NCBI GenBank assembly: GCA_031409335.1
Contig: JANNWY010000214.1
Span: 1-64,000 of the forward strand
Direction: 5' to 3'
Length of the DNA stretch: 64,000 nt
Origin: Chthoniobacteraceae bacterium
Lineage (GTDB): Bacteria > Verrucomicrobiota > Verrucomicrobiia > Chthoniobacterales > Chthoniobacteraceae
Under the pieces are notes generated by a model. The model did not search any database, was not told the DNA's origin, and saw nothing but the letters and a program-made list of their open reading frames with translations. Below, piece after piece: positions 1-9,391 of the stretch (within the stretch, counting starts at the first letter, position 1; every line of letters begins with the position of its first letter). The position numbers and the translations under genes are program-made.

Positions 1-742
1 TGAGAAAGCGATTCTTGAAATGATCGTAGAGCGTGTTTCGCCGCTCGGTCGCGTAGCCATCGAGCAAGTCATTCAGCGCCTCGTTCATGTCCTTCTCGTC
101 GAGCAAGAGGTTGTAAGCATTCTCCAGCGTCACGTCGGCGCGGATTTCGTAGAGCGTTTCCAGCGCCTTCGCGATGTGGGTCTGTGCCTGATTCTTGAAG
201 AAGCCTTTGTCGCCCTGCTGCCCGAGACTCGACGCCGTATCGACGACGAATTTGGCGTAAGTGCTGGCGGGAATGCTCCGGTCGGAAGTGAGGTTGTAGG
301 CGTGTTGCGGTGCCCAGCCTGGTGCGGCGTTGTCGGGCTTCACTTGCAGCAAAATCAAATCGTTCTGCCGGTTGAAGTGCGCGGCCATTTCCGAGAGCGT
401 TTCCCAATAGAGTCCCTTGTCGTCGATGCACACGCCGCCCCATCCCGGCTCATTTTTGAAAACTTGATAGAGCAGCGGGGTGATGCCGGAGCGCGTCTTA
501 CCGGAACCGGTATCGCCGGTGATGAGCCAGCCGCGGCAGAAATCCTCGCGTGTCCACGAAAGCCCGCGAAGCCGCACGATCACTTTGCGCTTTAGAGCGC
601 CAGCAGGAAGGGTCAGCGCGTAGCAGGCAAGGGAGCCGAACGCGCCGGCCATGATGAGCGACCTCGGCGTGTCGAGGATTTGCAGCGCGTAGTATCCGGC
701 TGCGGCCGACAGCCCGGCGAGGATGACGTTGAGGAAATTCAT
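1..742 (-). CDS. Type IV coupling protein (VirD4/TraD-like), runs off left edge
   Basis: Not in ORF track. Manual translation from ATG at 742: MNFLNVILAGLSAAAGYYALQ...WLITGDTGSGKTRSG...GGVCIDDKG; N-terminal TM segments plus Walker A; ATGA overlap with upstream gene. Confidence 0.8.
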   Translation of the reverse strand, partial: MNFLNVILAGLSAAAGYYALQILDTPRSLIMAGAFGSLACYALTLPAGALKRKVIVRLRGLSWTREDFCRGWLITGDTGSGKTRSGITPLLYQVFKNEPGWGGVCIDDKGLYWETLSEMAAHFNRQNDLILLQVKPDNAAPGWAPQHAYNLTSDRSIPASTYAKFVVDTASSLGQQGDKGFFKNQAQTHIAKALETLYEIRADVTLENAYNLLLDEKDMNEALNDLLDGYATERRNTLYDHFKNRFL

Positions 743-1101
743 AGCGCGAACTTTCCGATGGCGATGCCGGCTGCGAGCGCGACGAGCGTGAGCAGGAAGA
801 AGGTGAGCCAGCGGCCGGAACGCATCTGCCGGGCCGTCTCCGGGAGCTTCCGCAGCTCGTGGGTTAGCTCCGTGGCTTGCTTCGCGAACGTCTTCGTTCG
901 CTGGTCGAGGAGTTCGATGGATTCACGGAACTCTTCAAATGTCGGTGGTCGCGAACCGTTCGCCGGTGGCTCGTGCGTCCGCAGATAAATGTGGAACAAC
1001 TCCAGTGAGGCCAGCATCGGATCGCCGTCGCGAATGCCGTATTTCTTCTGCCATTCGAGCACCGCATTTTGCAGCGCAACATTGCGCTCCTCGGGGTTCA
1101 C
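739..1101 (-). CDS. Hypothetical protein with C-terminal TM helix (positionally TraM-like)
   Basis: 120 aa, coiled coil then hydrophobic C-terminus; overlaps both neighbours by 4 bp. Confidence 0.65.
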   Translation of the reverse strand: MNPEERNVALQNAVLEWQKKYGIRDGDPMLASLELFHIYLRTHEPPANGSRPPTFEEFRESIELLDQRTKTFAKQATELTHELRKLPETARQMRSGRWLTFFLLTLVALAAGIAIGKFAL

Positions 1102-1868
1102 GAGACTGCCGCCCCCGCTTGTTCCGCTGGGAGTGCGGGCTTCTTCTTCGTCTTTCCACCGCTTTTCGCCTGTTCCGCGTTGGGCAGGATCAAGTCGCGC
1201 GCCTGGTCGAGCTGCTCGTAAAAGTTCGCCTGCCAGTTTTTCAACCGCTGCCGGTCCACGAGGCTGAATTCGCTTCCGGCGATTGCCGCCGTCATGGACA
1301 GGTTCGTTTCGTTCAACCCCGTCACGAGCCAGTCGTAGAGTTTGGGCATCAGGATCTCGCGGCCTGCCAACTCCCCGAGAACACGGCTGCGCGTTTGGCT
1401 GTTGTCGTAAATCCTGAACTGCTCGCTATGCGCTTGATTGCGCACGATCAGATACCGGCATTTCGCGCCGAGCGCCTCGGCGATGATCTTGACCTGCTCC
1501 ACACTATCCGCCTCGTGGTTCACCGGAGAAACGATCGTTAGCGCGGCATCGAGCATGTCGAGAATCTCGAACGCACGGACTTCGGCGAAGTAGTCGAGAA
1601 AGATGTCGGTGGAAGCTGCGCGGCAATCCACGACGACCAGGCTGCTCTTTTCGAGCGCGGCAAAGAGCGCGTCGATCTCCTGCACGTTGTTGATGTTGAT
1701 AAACTCCGCTTCGCCGTGGAAGCGCTTCAACGTGGAGTTCTCATTGTCCGTGTCGATCGCGTGATGCTCGATCTGCTGGTCTTTGAGGTATTGAACGAGA
1801 TTCGTGGCGAAGAAGCTTTTCCCCACACCGCCTTTGCCGTTCAGGATGATGACGAGTTGTTTTTTCAT
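1098..1868 (-). CDS. ParA/MinD-family P-loop ATPase (TraL-like)
   Basis: Deviant Walker A NGKGGVGKS, IDTD and VVVD motifs. Confidence 0.8.
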   Translation of the reverse strand: MKKQLVIILNGKGGVGKSFFATNLVQYLKDQQIEHHAIDTDNENSTLKRFHGEAEFININNVQEIDALFAALEKSSLVVVDCRAASTDIFLDYFAEVRAFEILDMLDAALTIVSPVNHEADSVEQVKIIAEALGAKCRYLIVRNQAHSEQFRIYDNSQTRSRVLGELAGREILMPKLYDWLVTGLNETNLSMTAAIAGSEFSLVDRQRLKNWQANFYEQLDQARDLILPNAEQAKSGGKTKKKPALPAEQAGAAVS

Positions 1869-1886
1869 AGTCTTGGTTTTGATGGG

Positions 1887-2279
1887 TTAAACATTTTTGG
1901 GATCGGCGATGCGCGGGCCTCTTGAACGAGAAGGAGGTGCAGGAAGCGGCGGCGCTGCCGTCTCGCGTTGCGCCTTGAGGATGCTCGCGACGTTGGACTT
2001 CGGCGGTGCGCTCACCGGCTTCGATGAGTCTTTTCTTTGCGCGGGCTGCTCAAGGATTTCATGACAGAAGCGGGCGACCGTATCGTGGGAGACATCGACG
2101 CCGGCCCGCTTCAAGAGATTGGCGATGGTGCGGAACGACGCCTGTTTTCCACGCAGTTCGGCGATGCCCTTTTTGTGAGCCATGAGCGCATGAATCTTTC
2201 CGCCTACGCGCCGCTCGTAGCCTCTGACAGCCGCATCGAATGATTTCTCCGCTGGCTGCGTCGCTGCTCGGTCAGCCAT
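1887..2279 (-). CDS. Small basic DNA-binding protein, possible relaxosome accessory factor
   Basis: HTH-like SFRTIANLLKRAGVDVSHDTVARF; first gene of the operon divergent from the relaxase. Confidence 0.55.
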   Translation of the reverse strand: MADRAATQPAEKSFDAAVRGYERRVGGKIHALMAHKKGIAELRGKQASFRTIANLLKRAGVDVSHDTVARFCHEILEQPAQRKDSSKPVSAPPKSNVASILKAQRETAAPPLPAPPSRSRGPRIADPKNV

Positions 2280-2665
2280 CAGACGGCCTCCTGACTTGGG
2301 TGCGGCGACAATCCTTCCCGTGCTGCGTCAATCGACTTACTGCCGTCTGTCGTTGATGCGTCGCTGCACCGCCGAGCCGCTGGCGAGGTTGCGTCGATCC
2401 CCCGGCAGACGCAGCGGCTACCGTCTTACAAACATCTGACACCGCTCTGCCATTCGTCTGACGCTCCCGCGCCGATACTCGCGCGGATGATGCGGCGCGC
2501 GCCTGCCACGGTTCTGACTGTATGGCGTGAAAAGTTCCTAACCCATCGTTAGGGGTAGGGCGTCCGTTCTTAAAAATCATTTCCGCATCCTGCCTTGGTG
2601 CGGCATCCAAGTGGCTCCGCCGGTGGAGCCACTTTCGGCTTCGACTCAAATAAGGTGAGCGGTTG
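2280..2665. promoter_or_regulatory. Candidate oriT / divergent promoter region
   Basis: Lies between relaxase and divergent accessory operon; hairpin cctaac-ccatc-gttagg near 2537-2553; 11-bp phased NTCTGAC-like motifs. Confidence 0.5.
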
Positions 2666-5473
2666 ATGCTGTCACCGAAGACGCAATACAATTTGAAGAA
2701 TGCTCAGGAGTATTTTGAGGAGCATCTTTGCGCCGGAGACTATTACAGCGAAGGACAGAGGATTCGCGGACAGTGGTTCGGTAAAGGCGCTGAAGCTCTC
2801 GGTCTGCGCGGCGATGTGGGGCGCGATGAGTTCCTTGCGTTGTGTGAGAATCACCATCCACAGACCGGCGAGTCTTTGACGCAACGCCGCAAGACTCTCC
2901 GGCGCGAATGGGATGAAAATGGAGATGAAAGAAATGCGGCAAACCGGCGCGTATTTTACGATTTCACGCTGTCTCCGCCGAAGTCAGTGTCCATCGCCGC
3001 GCTCGCTGGTGGTGACGAGCGAATCATCGAAGCACATGGACGGGCGGTTTCCATTGCGATGGGGGAGTTGGAACAATTCGCCGCAACCCGTGTGCGTCGT
3101 GCCGGAAGTCTTTCGGATCGAGAGACGGGCAATGTCGCGGGTGCCATGTTCCATCACGACACGTCCCGTGCTCTCGATCCTCATTTGCACAGCCACTGCA
3201 TTCTGTTCAATGCGACTCACGATGCCGTCGAGGACCGGTGGAAGGCGCTTCAGAATTACGGAATGCTCCGGGCGCAGAAGTATGTCGAGAATGTCTATTA
3301 CCACGAGTTGGCCCGCGCATTGATCGGCTTCGGTTACGAAATCGAAAATCATCGACGCGGCGATTTCGAGTTAAAGGGGATGTCGTCGGCATTGCGCGAC
3401 AAGTTCTCCAAACGTCGCGCCGAGATTGATGAGAAGACGCGCGTGTTGCTTGCGAACCAGCCGGAAAAGGCGTCCGGCAATATCGCCGACATCCGCGAAC
3501 ACATCGCGCACGATGAACGCTCACGAAAGATCAAGAACGTCGGTCGCGAGAAATTGCTGAGTTTGTGGAAGCAGCAAATGATCAAGGGCGAGCTTGCTGA
3601 ACTCGAACGCCTGACTGCGCGAAAAGGGACGCACTCTACGGCACAGACGCATAGTGCGGCAGCCGCTCTAAGCTGGGCGGAAGATCATCTGTTTGATCGG
3701 CGTTCCGTCGTCAACGATCACGAGCTTTGGCGGCACGCGCTTGAATTTGCACGCGGGAGCGAGATGGAAATCGCCGCACTCAAATCGTTGGCAGCAAAGC
3801 GCGATTATCTTCGCGATGAAAACCAGCCTCGCAAACTGACGACGCGCGAAGTGCTCGGGCGCGAATGGGACATTCTGCAAGTCGCGAAGGATGGAGCAGG
3901 GCAGCATCAGCCATTTAACGCGAAGCATGTCGCGACCGATTCGCTGGACGAAGAGCAAGGCACTGCGGTCGGGCACATTTTGCGGTCAACGGATTTCCTG
4001 ACGCTGTTTCGTGGGGCTGCTGGCACTGGCAAGAGCTTCGCGTTGCGCGAAGTGCTGCGCGGCCTCGAAAGCGCGGGCCACGCTGTTCACGTCATCGCGC
4101 CGCAGCGGCAGCAGGTGATTGATCTCGAAGCAGCCGGATTCGCTGGCGCACAAACGGTCAGCGAGTTCCTCACCCGGAAATCCATGAGTCCCGGCGGCGT
4201 AGTAATAGTGGATGAAACCGGCCAGCTCGGCGCGAAGCAAATGCAGGCGCTCCTGGGCTGCGTGAAGGAAAATGGCGGACGCATCATTTGCTCCGGCGAC
4301 ACGCGCCAGCACGGAGCGGTGGAGGCGTCGGATGCGCTGAGGGCCATCGAAAAGTATTCGGGTTTGAAGGCTGCGGAGTTGACCGCGATTCGCCGGCAAG
4401 ATCCCGCTCGGGCAAAGACGAGTGAGGAGCGGAGTTTCATCGAGGAATACAAACAAGCTGTGCAGGAAGCCTCGGCGGGCCTGGCCTCGGAGTCATTCGA
4501 CCGGCTGGAGCGACAAGGTGCGGTGGTGGAGTGCGGAGCAGGGGAGCAGCAAGAACGGCTGGCGAGTCAATACCTGGAACTCGCCCGCAAAGGCGAATCG
4601 ACCGTCGTGGTCGCGCAAACGTGGTCGGAGATTCGGAAGGTGAATGAGAGTGTGCGCGATGCGCTCAAGCGGGCGGGGTTGATCGGCGCAGAGGAACACG
4701 CGATCACGGCTCTCGAAGCCGTCGATCTCACTGACGCGCAAAAGCGCGACGCTCGCTCTTACGAGCCGGATAGCGTGCTCGTCTTCAACCGCGACACGAG
4801 AGGGTTTCGTAAAGGTCAGCGCGGTCGGCTGGTTGCCATGAGCGGGGACGCGATCGTGGTCGAAGCGGACAACAAGATTCGCGAGGTCGCTTTCGGGCAG
4901 CTTGATCGGCTCACGATTTGTCGTGAGCGAGAATCGTCGCTCTCAATCGGCGACCGATTGCAACTCAAGGCGAATGCGAAAACGCGCGATGGTCGTCCGT
5001 TGGCGAACGGAGAGCTGGTCACAGTCGCCCGGATCGAGGGCGATGGACGCATCGTGTTGCAAGATGGCCGCACACTTGAAAGGAGCTACCGTCAGTTCGT
5101 GCGCGGCTATGCGGTCACGTCGTATGCCTCACAAGGCAAGACCGTGGACTACGTTCTTTTCTCAGACTCGGCGGTGCAGGCTGCAACAAGTCGGCAGCAA
5201 TGGTATGTGACCATCTCGCGCGGACGCAAAGGCGTCAGAATTTTCACCGCCGATAAGGAGCAGTTGCGAGAAAACATTGCACGCTCCGGCGACCGCGAGC
5301 TGGCGCTCGATCTGACAAGGCCGCGTCAATCCAAGCGTCAGCGGTTGCGTCGCGGTCTGACAATCGGCCTGACACGAGGGCGTCAACTCGCTGCCACGAT
5401 CTGCCACCGCATTGCCGCTCTTGCGTCACGGATGAGAGCGAATGCCGCGCGGCGAGAGGTATCCATCCCATGA
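2666..5473 (+). CDS. MOBF-family relaxase-helicase (TrwC/TraI-like)
   Basis: N-terminal tyrosines (EYF...GDYYSEG), YDFTLSPPKSVS, HUH motif HDTSRALDPHLHSH, helicase GAAGTGKS / VDETG / YASQGKTVD / YVTISRGR. Confidence 0.95.
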   Translation: MLSPKTQYNLKNAQEYFEEHLCAGDYYSEGQRIRGQWFGKGAEALGLRGDVGRDEFLALCENHHPQTGESLTQRRKTLRREWDENGDERNAANRRVFYDFTLSPPKSVSIAALAGGDERIIEAHGRAVSIAMGELEQFAATRVRRAGSLSDRETGNVAGAMFHHDTSRALDPHLHSHCILFNATHDAVEDRWKALQNYGMLRAQKYVENVYYHELARALIGFGYEIENHRRGDFELKGMSSALRDKFSKRRAEIDEKTRVLLANQPEKASGNIADIREHIAHDERSRKIKNVGREKLLSLWKQQMIKGELAELERLTARKGTHSTAQTHSAAAALSWAEDHLFDRRSVVNDHELWRHALEFARGSEMEIAALKSLAAKRDYLRDENQPRKLTTREVLGREWDILQVAKDGAGQHQPFNAKHVATDSLDEEQGTAVGHILRSTDFLTLFRGAAGTGKSFALREVLRGLESAGHAVHVIAPQRQQVIDLEAAGFAGAQTVSEFLTRKSMSPGGVVIVDETGQLGAKQMQALLGCVKENGGRIICSGDTRQHGAVEASDALRAIEKYSGLKAAELTAIRRQDPARAKTSEERSFIEEYKQAVQEASAGLASESFDRLERQGAVVECGAGEQQERLASQYLELARKGESTVVVAQTWSEIRKVNESVRDALKRAGLIGAEEHAITALEAVDLTDAQKRDARSYEPDSVLVFNRDTRGFRKGQRGRLVAMSGDAIVVEADNKIREVAFGQLDRLTICRERESSLSIGDRLQLKANAKTRDGRPLANGELVTVARIEGDGRIVLQDGRTLERSYRQFVRGYAVTSYASQGKTVDYVLFSDSAVQAATSRQQWYVTISRGRKGVRIFTADKEQLRENIARSGDRELALDLTRPRQSKRQRLRRGLTIGLTRGRQLAATICHRIAALASRMRANAARREVSIP

Positions 5474-5865
5474 TTAGAACAAGCCAGTCGGAGAGCAAAA
5501 CTTCCGAGCCCAGCGCGACCAAGCGAGCCGTGGTGTGTTGGAATGAAGACCCACAAACGCAGGCGCTCCTTGTCGAATTGAAGAACGGGAATTTCTATGT
5601 GTTCCCGGTCTCTCATTTCCTCTCCGCCGAATTCACCCAAGGGGACAAAGGCGATGTGCTCAAGCTGCTGTTCACCACGCACGCGGTAAAAGTCTCCGGG
5701 CAGCACTTGCGCGAGATGGCGTTGGCCCTGCACAAACTGGCAGTCGAATGGATCAAGGAAATCGCACCGAAGTATGCCAAGCTCGCCGAGCCGAATGCTG
5801 CGGTCATTCTTGCCATCGAAGTCGCCGCCGTCGCCGATTCAGACGGGGAAGAGGGCGAGCAATAA
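5470..5865 (+). CDS. Hypothetical protein
   Basis: 131 aa ORF with ATGA overlap to the relaxase stop; globular-looking sequence. Confidence 0.65.
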   Translation: MIRTSQSESKTSEPSATKRAVVCWNEDPQTQALLVELKNGNFYVFPVSHFLSAEFTQGDKGDVLKLLFTTHAVKVSGQHLREMALALHKLAVEWIKEIAPKYAKLAEPNAAVILAIEVAAVADSDGEEGEQ

Positions 5866-5889
5866 CGCGGCTCGATAGCGTCGCTTTCG

Positions 5890-7032
5890 TCAGCGAGGAA
5901 ACGTGGCGAGAACTTGCGCGTGAACTCGGGCCAGCTCCTCGCCGTCGATGCGGAATTCGGTCGCTGGTCGATGCGCGCGATACCACTGGCCGACGCGCTC
6001 CCGTCTCGTCAGGCCGTCGCGAGCCAGAAGTTTGCGCGCCTTTACCACGGTCGATGACAGGTTGAAAAACCCGATCTTGCCCGTGCTTGCGGCTTGATCG
6101 ACGGCAAAGCCGTGGCAGACGTAAAGCGCATCGGCATAGCACGAAAGGATGCGCTGCACTCGATGCCCGTCGGTGAGGGAAGCCAGCGCAAATCGGAACG
6201 CAGTGCGGCGGGCAAAGGTCACTTTGCAGTTGTCCCAATGGCAGCCCGCGAGTGGCTCCAGCATCGCAAAGGCTTTTTTCCGCAACGCGGAAGCGCCTTT
6301 GCGCTTCGCCCCGTCTTCTTCCCAACCGCGCCACTGCGCAACATCGCGCCATGCGCCGTATTGATCTGGCTGCTGTATTCCGTAGGAATCCTTTCTAGTA
6401 TTAGCATTGTCACAGACTCGGTTATTTTCGGCGGACGTTGCTGGCGTCGTTTCCGGGCGCGATGAAGCCTTCGAATCCTTTTGTGCCGGTGGTTGTTTCT
6501 TCGGAGCGACAGACTCCTGTGGCCGGCTTTTTCGCGGACGGCCGAGCGGACGCTTCTGCGGCACAATTAGGATCGTCGGCGCGATCTTCTCACCTCCGTT
6601 GCCAAGCGTCGTATAGTTGTGAAGCGGCCTGCCACGACGGTCGTAGAATAGGGAGTGCTTGTCGAAGCAGAGCTTCGACGGATCGGCGACGATGACGCCC
6701 CATTTCTTCGTGCCTCGTCCTCCCTTAGTCCTCATCTTCGTCTCAAATACGAACTCTCCGTCACGACGCAGTTTCGATAACTCTCGCGTGGTGTGCTCCC
6801 GACTATAGCCCGTCTTCCGACAAAAGGCCGCGAGGTCGATGCCACCCCAAATAGGGGAGCGCGCAGCCACGTTCTTGATCCATCCTTTCAAGCGGGCACG
6901 GCACGTTGCAACGTGGCCACGGCGACGACCGCGGCAGCGACGAACACTGTTAGTTTCTTCCCGGCATGAGGGCAGACCCCACCGGTCAGAAAAACTCGGC
7001 ATTTTTCTTGACTCCCGGCCATCGGAAGCCAA
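5890..7032 (-). CDS. Hypothetical HTH protein, possible replication initiator of the element; start uncertain
   Basis: Long ORF with HTH-like IDLAAFCRKTGYSREHTTRELSKL, low-complexity linker and helical C-domain; rep function inferred from position only. Confidence 0.55.
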   Translation of the reverse strand: MASDGRESRKMPSFSDRWGLPSCREETNSVRRCRGRRRGHVATCRARLKGWIKNVAARSPIWGGIDLAAFCRKTGYSREHTTRELSKLRRDGEFVFETKMRTKGGRGTKKWGVIVADPSKLCFDKHSLFYDRRGRPLHNYTTLGNGGEKIAPTILIVPQKRPLGRPRKSRPQESVAPKKQPPAQKDSKASSRPETTPATSAENNRVCDNANTRKDSYGIQQPDQYGAWRDVAQWRGWEEDGAKRKGASALRKKAFAMLEPLAGCHWDNCKVTFARRTAFRFALASLTDGHRVQRILSCYADALYVCHGFAVDQAASTGKIGFFNLSSTVVKARKLLARDGLTRRERVGQWYRAHRPATEFRIDGEELARVHAQVLATFPR

Positions 7033-7075
7033 GTTCGTCGCTAATTATTACGACTCCCTGGCTCCCAAAAGCCTC

Positions 7076-7118
7076 CGGGGATTGGTGAGCGACTAACTCA
7101 CCAATCCCCGTTTTTTTT
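7076..7118 (+). terminator. Intrinsic terminator
   Basis: Perfect 14-bp stem cggggattggtgag / ctcaccaatccccg, 7-nt loop, then T8. Confidence 0.8.
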
Positions 7119-7357
7119 GGATTAGTGGTTAGTTGTTAGGTGGGCATATTAGTCACCTCCTCGGAGTAAGGGATGGGAGCCGGAAAGCTGCGCTGTGCAT
7201 GGAGCAACTTTCATCAAAAGGACTGCGGTAAGCCGTAGATTCACGGACCGGGCAGCAGTTTGTGAATGTGAGAAACTTCAATGTGCGTCCGCCCCTCCAT
7301 ATTGCTCCGCCCACGGCGCAACCCCGTTGTTTAGCCGCGCTAAGGTGCCGCCACATT

Positions 7358-7687
7358 ATGAACCAACCGACTTACAAAAATGTGGTGGGACCGAAGATCA
7401 GAAGTTTGCGTCTCCAATTAGCCTGGACGCAGGAAACTCTGGCGGAATACCTGCGGCGGATGGGCTGGAATATCTCGCGCAGCACGCTCGCCAAAGTCGA
7501 AGCGCGCCTTGTCCTTGTCACCGATTCCGACCTCCTCTACTTTGTCCGGCTGTTTGAAGTGGAACCGAGCTATTTGCTGCCCGAACTCGACCCGGAAGAG
7601 CATTTAGGAACCGCCGTTCAACGCCTGCTGGCTCGCGGGCAAGGAAGACGTGGACACCTCCTGGCACCGCAACGGAAAGTAAGATGA
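7358..7687 (+). CDS. XRE-family HTH transcriptional regulator
   Basis: MNQPTYKNVVGPKIRSLRLQLAWTQETLAEYL...ISRSTLAKVE; ATG at 7358 preferred over the longer track ORF. Confidence 0.85.
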   Translation: MNQPTYKNVVGPKIRSLRLQLAWTQETLAEYLRRMGWNISRSTLAKVEARLVLVTDSDLLYFVRLFEVEPSYLLPELDPEEHLGTAVQRLLARGQGRRGHLLAPQRKVR

Positions 7688-7878
7688 AAAAGCCTGTCCC
7701 CCGTTTCGTCCCGCAAAAGCCCGGCTATTCTATTTTGGAGGCGGCGGCCTATCTGGGCGTCAGCGAGCGCACTATTTTCGAGTTGCTTCAGCGAAAGCTA
7801 CTGCGCCGCTGCAAGGCGCTCCGGCGCACCATCATTCCCGGCGCTGATGTGGAAACCTTTTTGGAACGCAACTCGTGA
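7684..7878 (+). CDS. Excisionase-like HTH protein
   Basis: YSILEAAAYLGVSERTIFELL; next to integrase. Confidence 0.8.
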   Translation: MKKPVPRFVPQKPGYSILEAAAYLGVSERTIFELLQRKLLRRCKALRRTIIPGADVETFLERNS

Positions 7879-7916
7879 GTCCTGCAGCCTGCGTTCGCGA
7901 AGGCAACGCCCGTCTG

Positions 7917-9038
7917 CTATGCGCTGGCAAACGCCAGCGCAGCCTTCGCCGACTGCGCACGCTCGTAACTGTCGGAAGTGCTCCCGAAGACTTCGGTGTA
8001 GATCGTCATAATGAGCTTGCCGCCGTCCCTGTGCCCCTGCCATTGGGCGATGATTTTCACGTCCACGCCCGCTTCCCACAGTCGTTTGATGCGCATGGCT
8101 CTCAGTCCGCGGTGGGTGAAATGCGGCATTCCCAGCCGGCGGCAGGCTGATGCCAGCGCGTTCTTGACGCTCTTGATTTTGAAGACTGGCCCTCTATCTC
8201 CACCGGTCGCGCGCAGGCGCAACAGAAGCGGTTCGAGCCACGGATGGATCGGAGTGCGAAAAGCCGTCTTGGTCTTTTTGCGCACGAAGTGGATGGTGCC
8301 TTTCTCGAAGTCGATGTCCTCCCATTTGAGCCCGACCGCCTCAGCCTGCCCCACGCCTGCGAGCCCGAGGAATTCCGCGAAATCCGCGCTCTCGTGCTGA
8401 AACATCGGGCGCTGGCCGCCGTGCCGGCCTTCGACCGTCTTCCAAGTTGGCTGGCGAATCTCGGCGACGATGGCTTGAAACTCCTTCTCGGAGGGGATGA
8501 GGCGCGTGATGGGGTCTTTCTTGGCTTTGCGGCAAAGCCGCGGATCGAAGGGATTGACGGGAAGCGCCCGCGCAGAAACCGCGAAATCGAAAAGCGCACG
8601 GACAAAAGCCCGGTTCTGATTGCGGGTCGATGCACGTTTGCCCTCGTTCACTTTGGCGAGCCATTCGGCCATGTCCGAAGCGGTAGCGCGACAGGCCAGC
8701 GAATCCATTGGGCGTGGAAAGAGTTCGCGGAACTGCCGGATGCGTCCGCGTTCGCCCACCAGCGTCGAGGCGGCCATATCTGTCCGAACGGCCTGATATT
8801 TTTCTACCAAAGCCGCGAGTGTCAGGTCGTTATTCCCGGGATCGACCGCCGACAGTTCCGTAATCCAATCGCGCAAGCGGGCATTGGCGATCTTTCGATC
8901 TGTAGTGTCGAGCTTGTGGGTCTTGAGCTTGTAGCTCACCCGTTTAATCGCATGGTATGTGCCGTGGACGCTGTGCCGGTAAAGATAGGGAGCCACCTTT
9001 TCGAGCTGTTGTCGGGTAGATGGTTTGGCTGGTTTCAT
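7917..9038 (-). CDS. Tyrosine recombinase / integrase
   Basis: HFTHRGLR (HxxxR-like), GHRDGG...IYTE (H and catalytic Y), KKTK; start at MKPAKP. Confidence 0.9.
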   Translation of the reverse strand: MKPAKPSTRQQLEKVAPYLYRHSVHGTYHAIKRVSYKLKTHKLDTTDRKIANARLRDWITELSAVDPGNNDLTLAALVEKYQAVRTDMAASTLVGERGRIRQFRELFPRPMDSLACRATASDMAEWLAKVNEGKRASTRNQNRAFVRALFDFAVSARALPVNPFDPRLCRKAKKDPITRLIPSEKEFQAIVAEIRQPTWKTVEGRHGGQRPMFQHESADFAEFLGLAGVGQAEAVGLKWEDIDFEKGTIHFVRKKTKTAFRTPIHPWLEPLLLRLRATGGDRGPVFKIKSVKNALASACRRLGMPHFTHRGLRAMRIKRLWEAGVDVKIIAQWQGHRDGGKLIMTIYTEVFGSTSDSYERAQSAKAALAFASA

Positions 9039-9230
9039 GGATTTCGATACTATCCACCAGTCAATACACGAGTCAATACACATGCTTTTTCTTCGTGCGG
9101 TTCGGCGCATTTCCGCGCAGTCCAAAACGCCGGTCTGCTTTCTAATAATACAGAGGGAAATGCACGCTTTGCACTTCTGCGCAGTCCGGCGCAGTTCGGC
9201 GCGGTCCATTCAAACAACCAGCAGACTATG

Positions 9231-9276
9231 TATGGGGTTCAAGAGGTCGCGGGTTCAAATCCCGCCGGCCCGACCA
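9231..9276 (+). repeat. att site: duplicated 3' half of tRNA-Pro(GGG)
   Basis: tatggggttcaagaggtcgcgggttcaaatcccgccggcccgacca has anticodon loop, T-arm GGTTCAAATCC and CCA, but no 5' acceptor strand or D-arm upstream. Confidence 0.85.
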
Positions 9277-9391
9277 CTTCAAACCACGATTGGCAGAGGC
9301 TTTGCGGGCGATGGACGTTTCGCGAAGAATGCGAGATCGGTTCTTCCGATCGGAAAAGTGCGCGGGTGGAGTGGTCCTTTTCGCAGGTCCG

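Larger units (their letters stand above)
1..9276. mobile_element. Integrative conjugative/mobilizable element (right part), integrated at tRNA-Pro(GGG); left end outside window
   Basis: Coupling protein, MOBF relaxase, excisionase-like HTH and tyrosine integrase, followed by a 3' tRNA fragment at 9231-9276; housekeeping genes resume afterwards. Confidence 0.88.

Noticed and set aside
2585..2594. IncP-type nic site CATCCTGC
   Set aside because: That consensus belongs to MOBP relaxases while this one is MOBF; an 8-mer match is not enough
9200..9276. Complete tRNA-Pro gene
   Set aside because: Only the anticodon loop to CCA is present; upstream bases give no D-arm or acceptor 5' strand, so it is treated as an att duplicate
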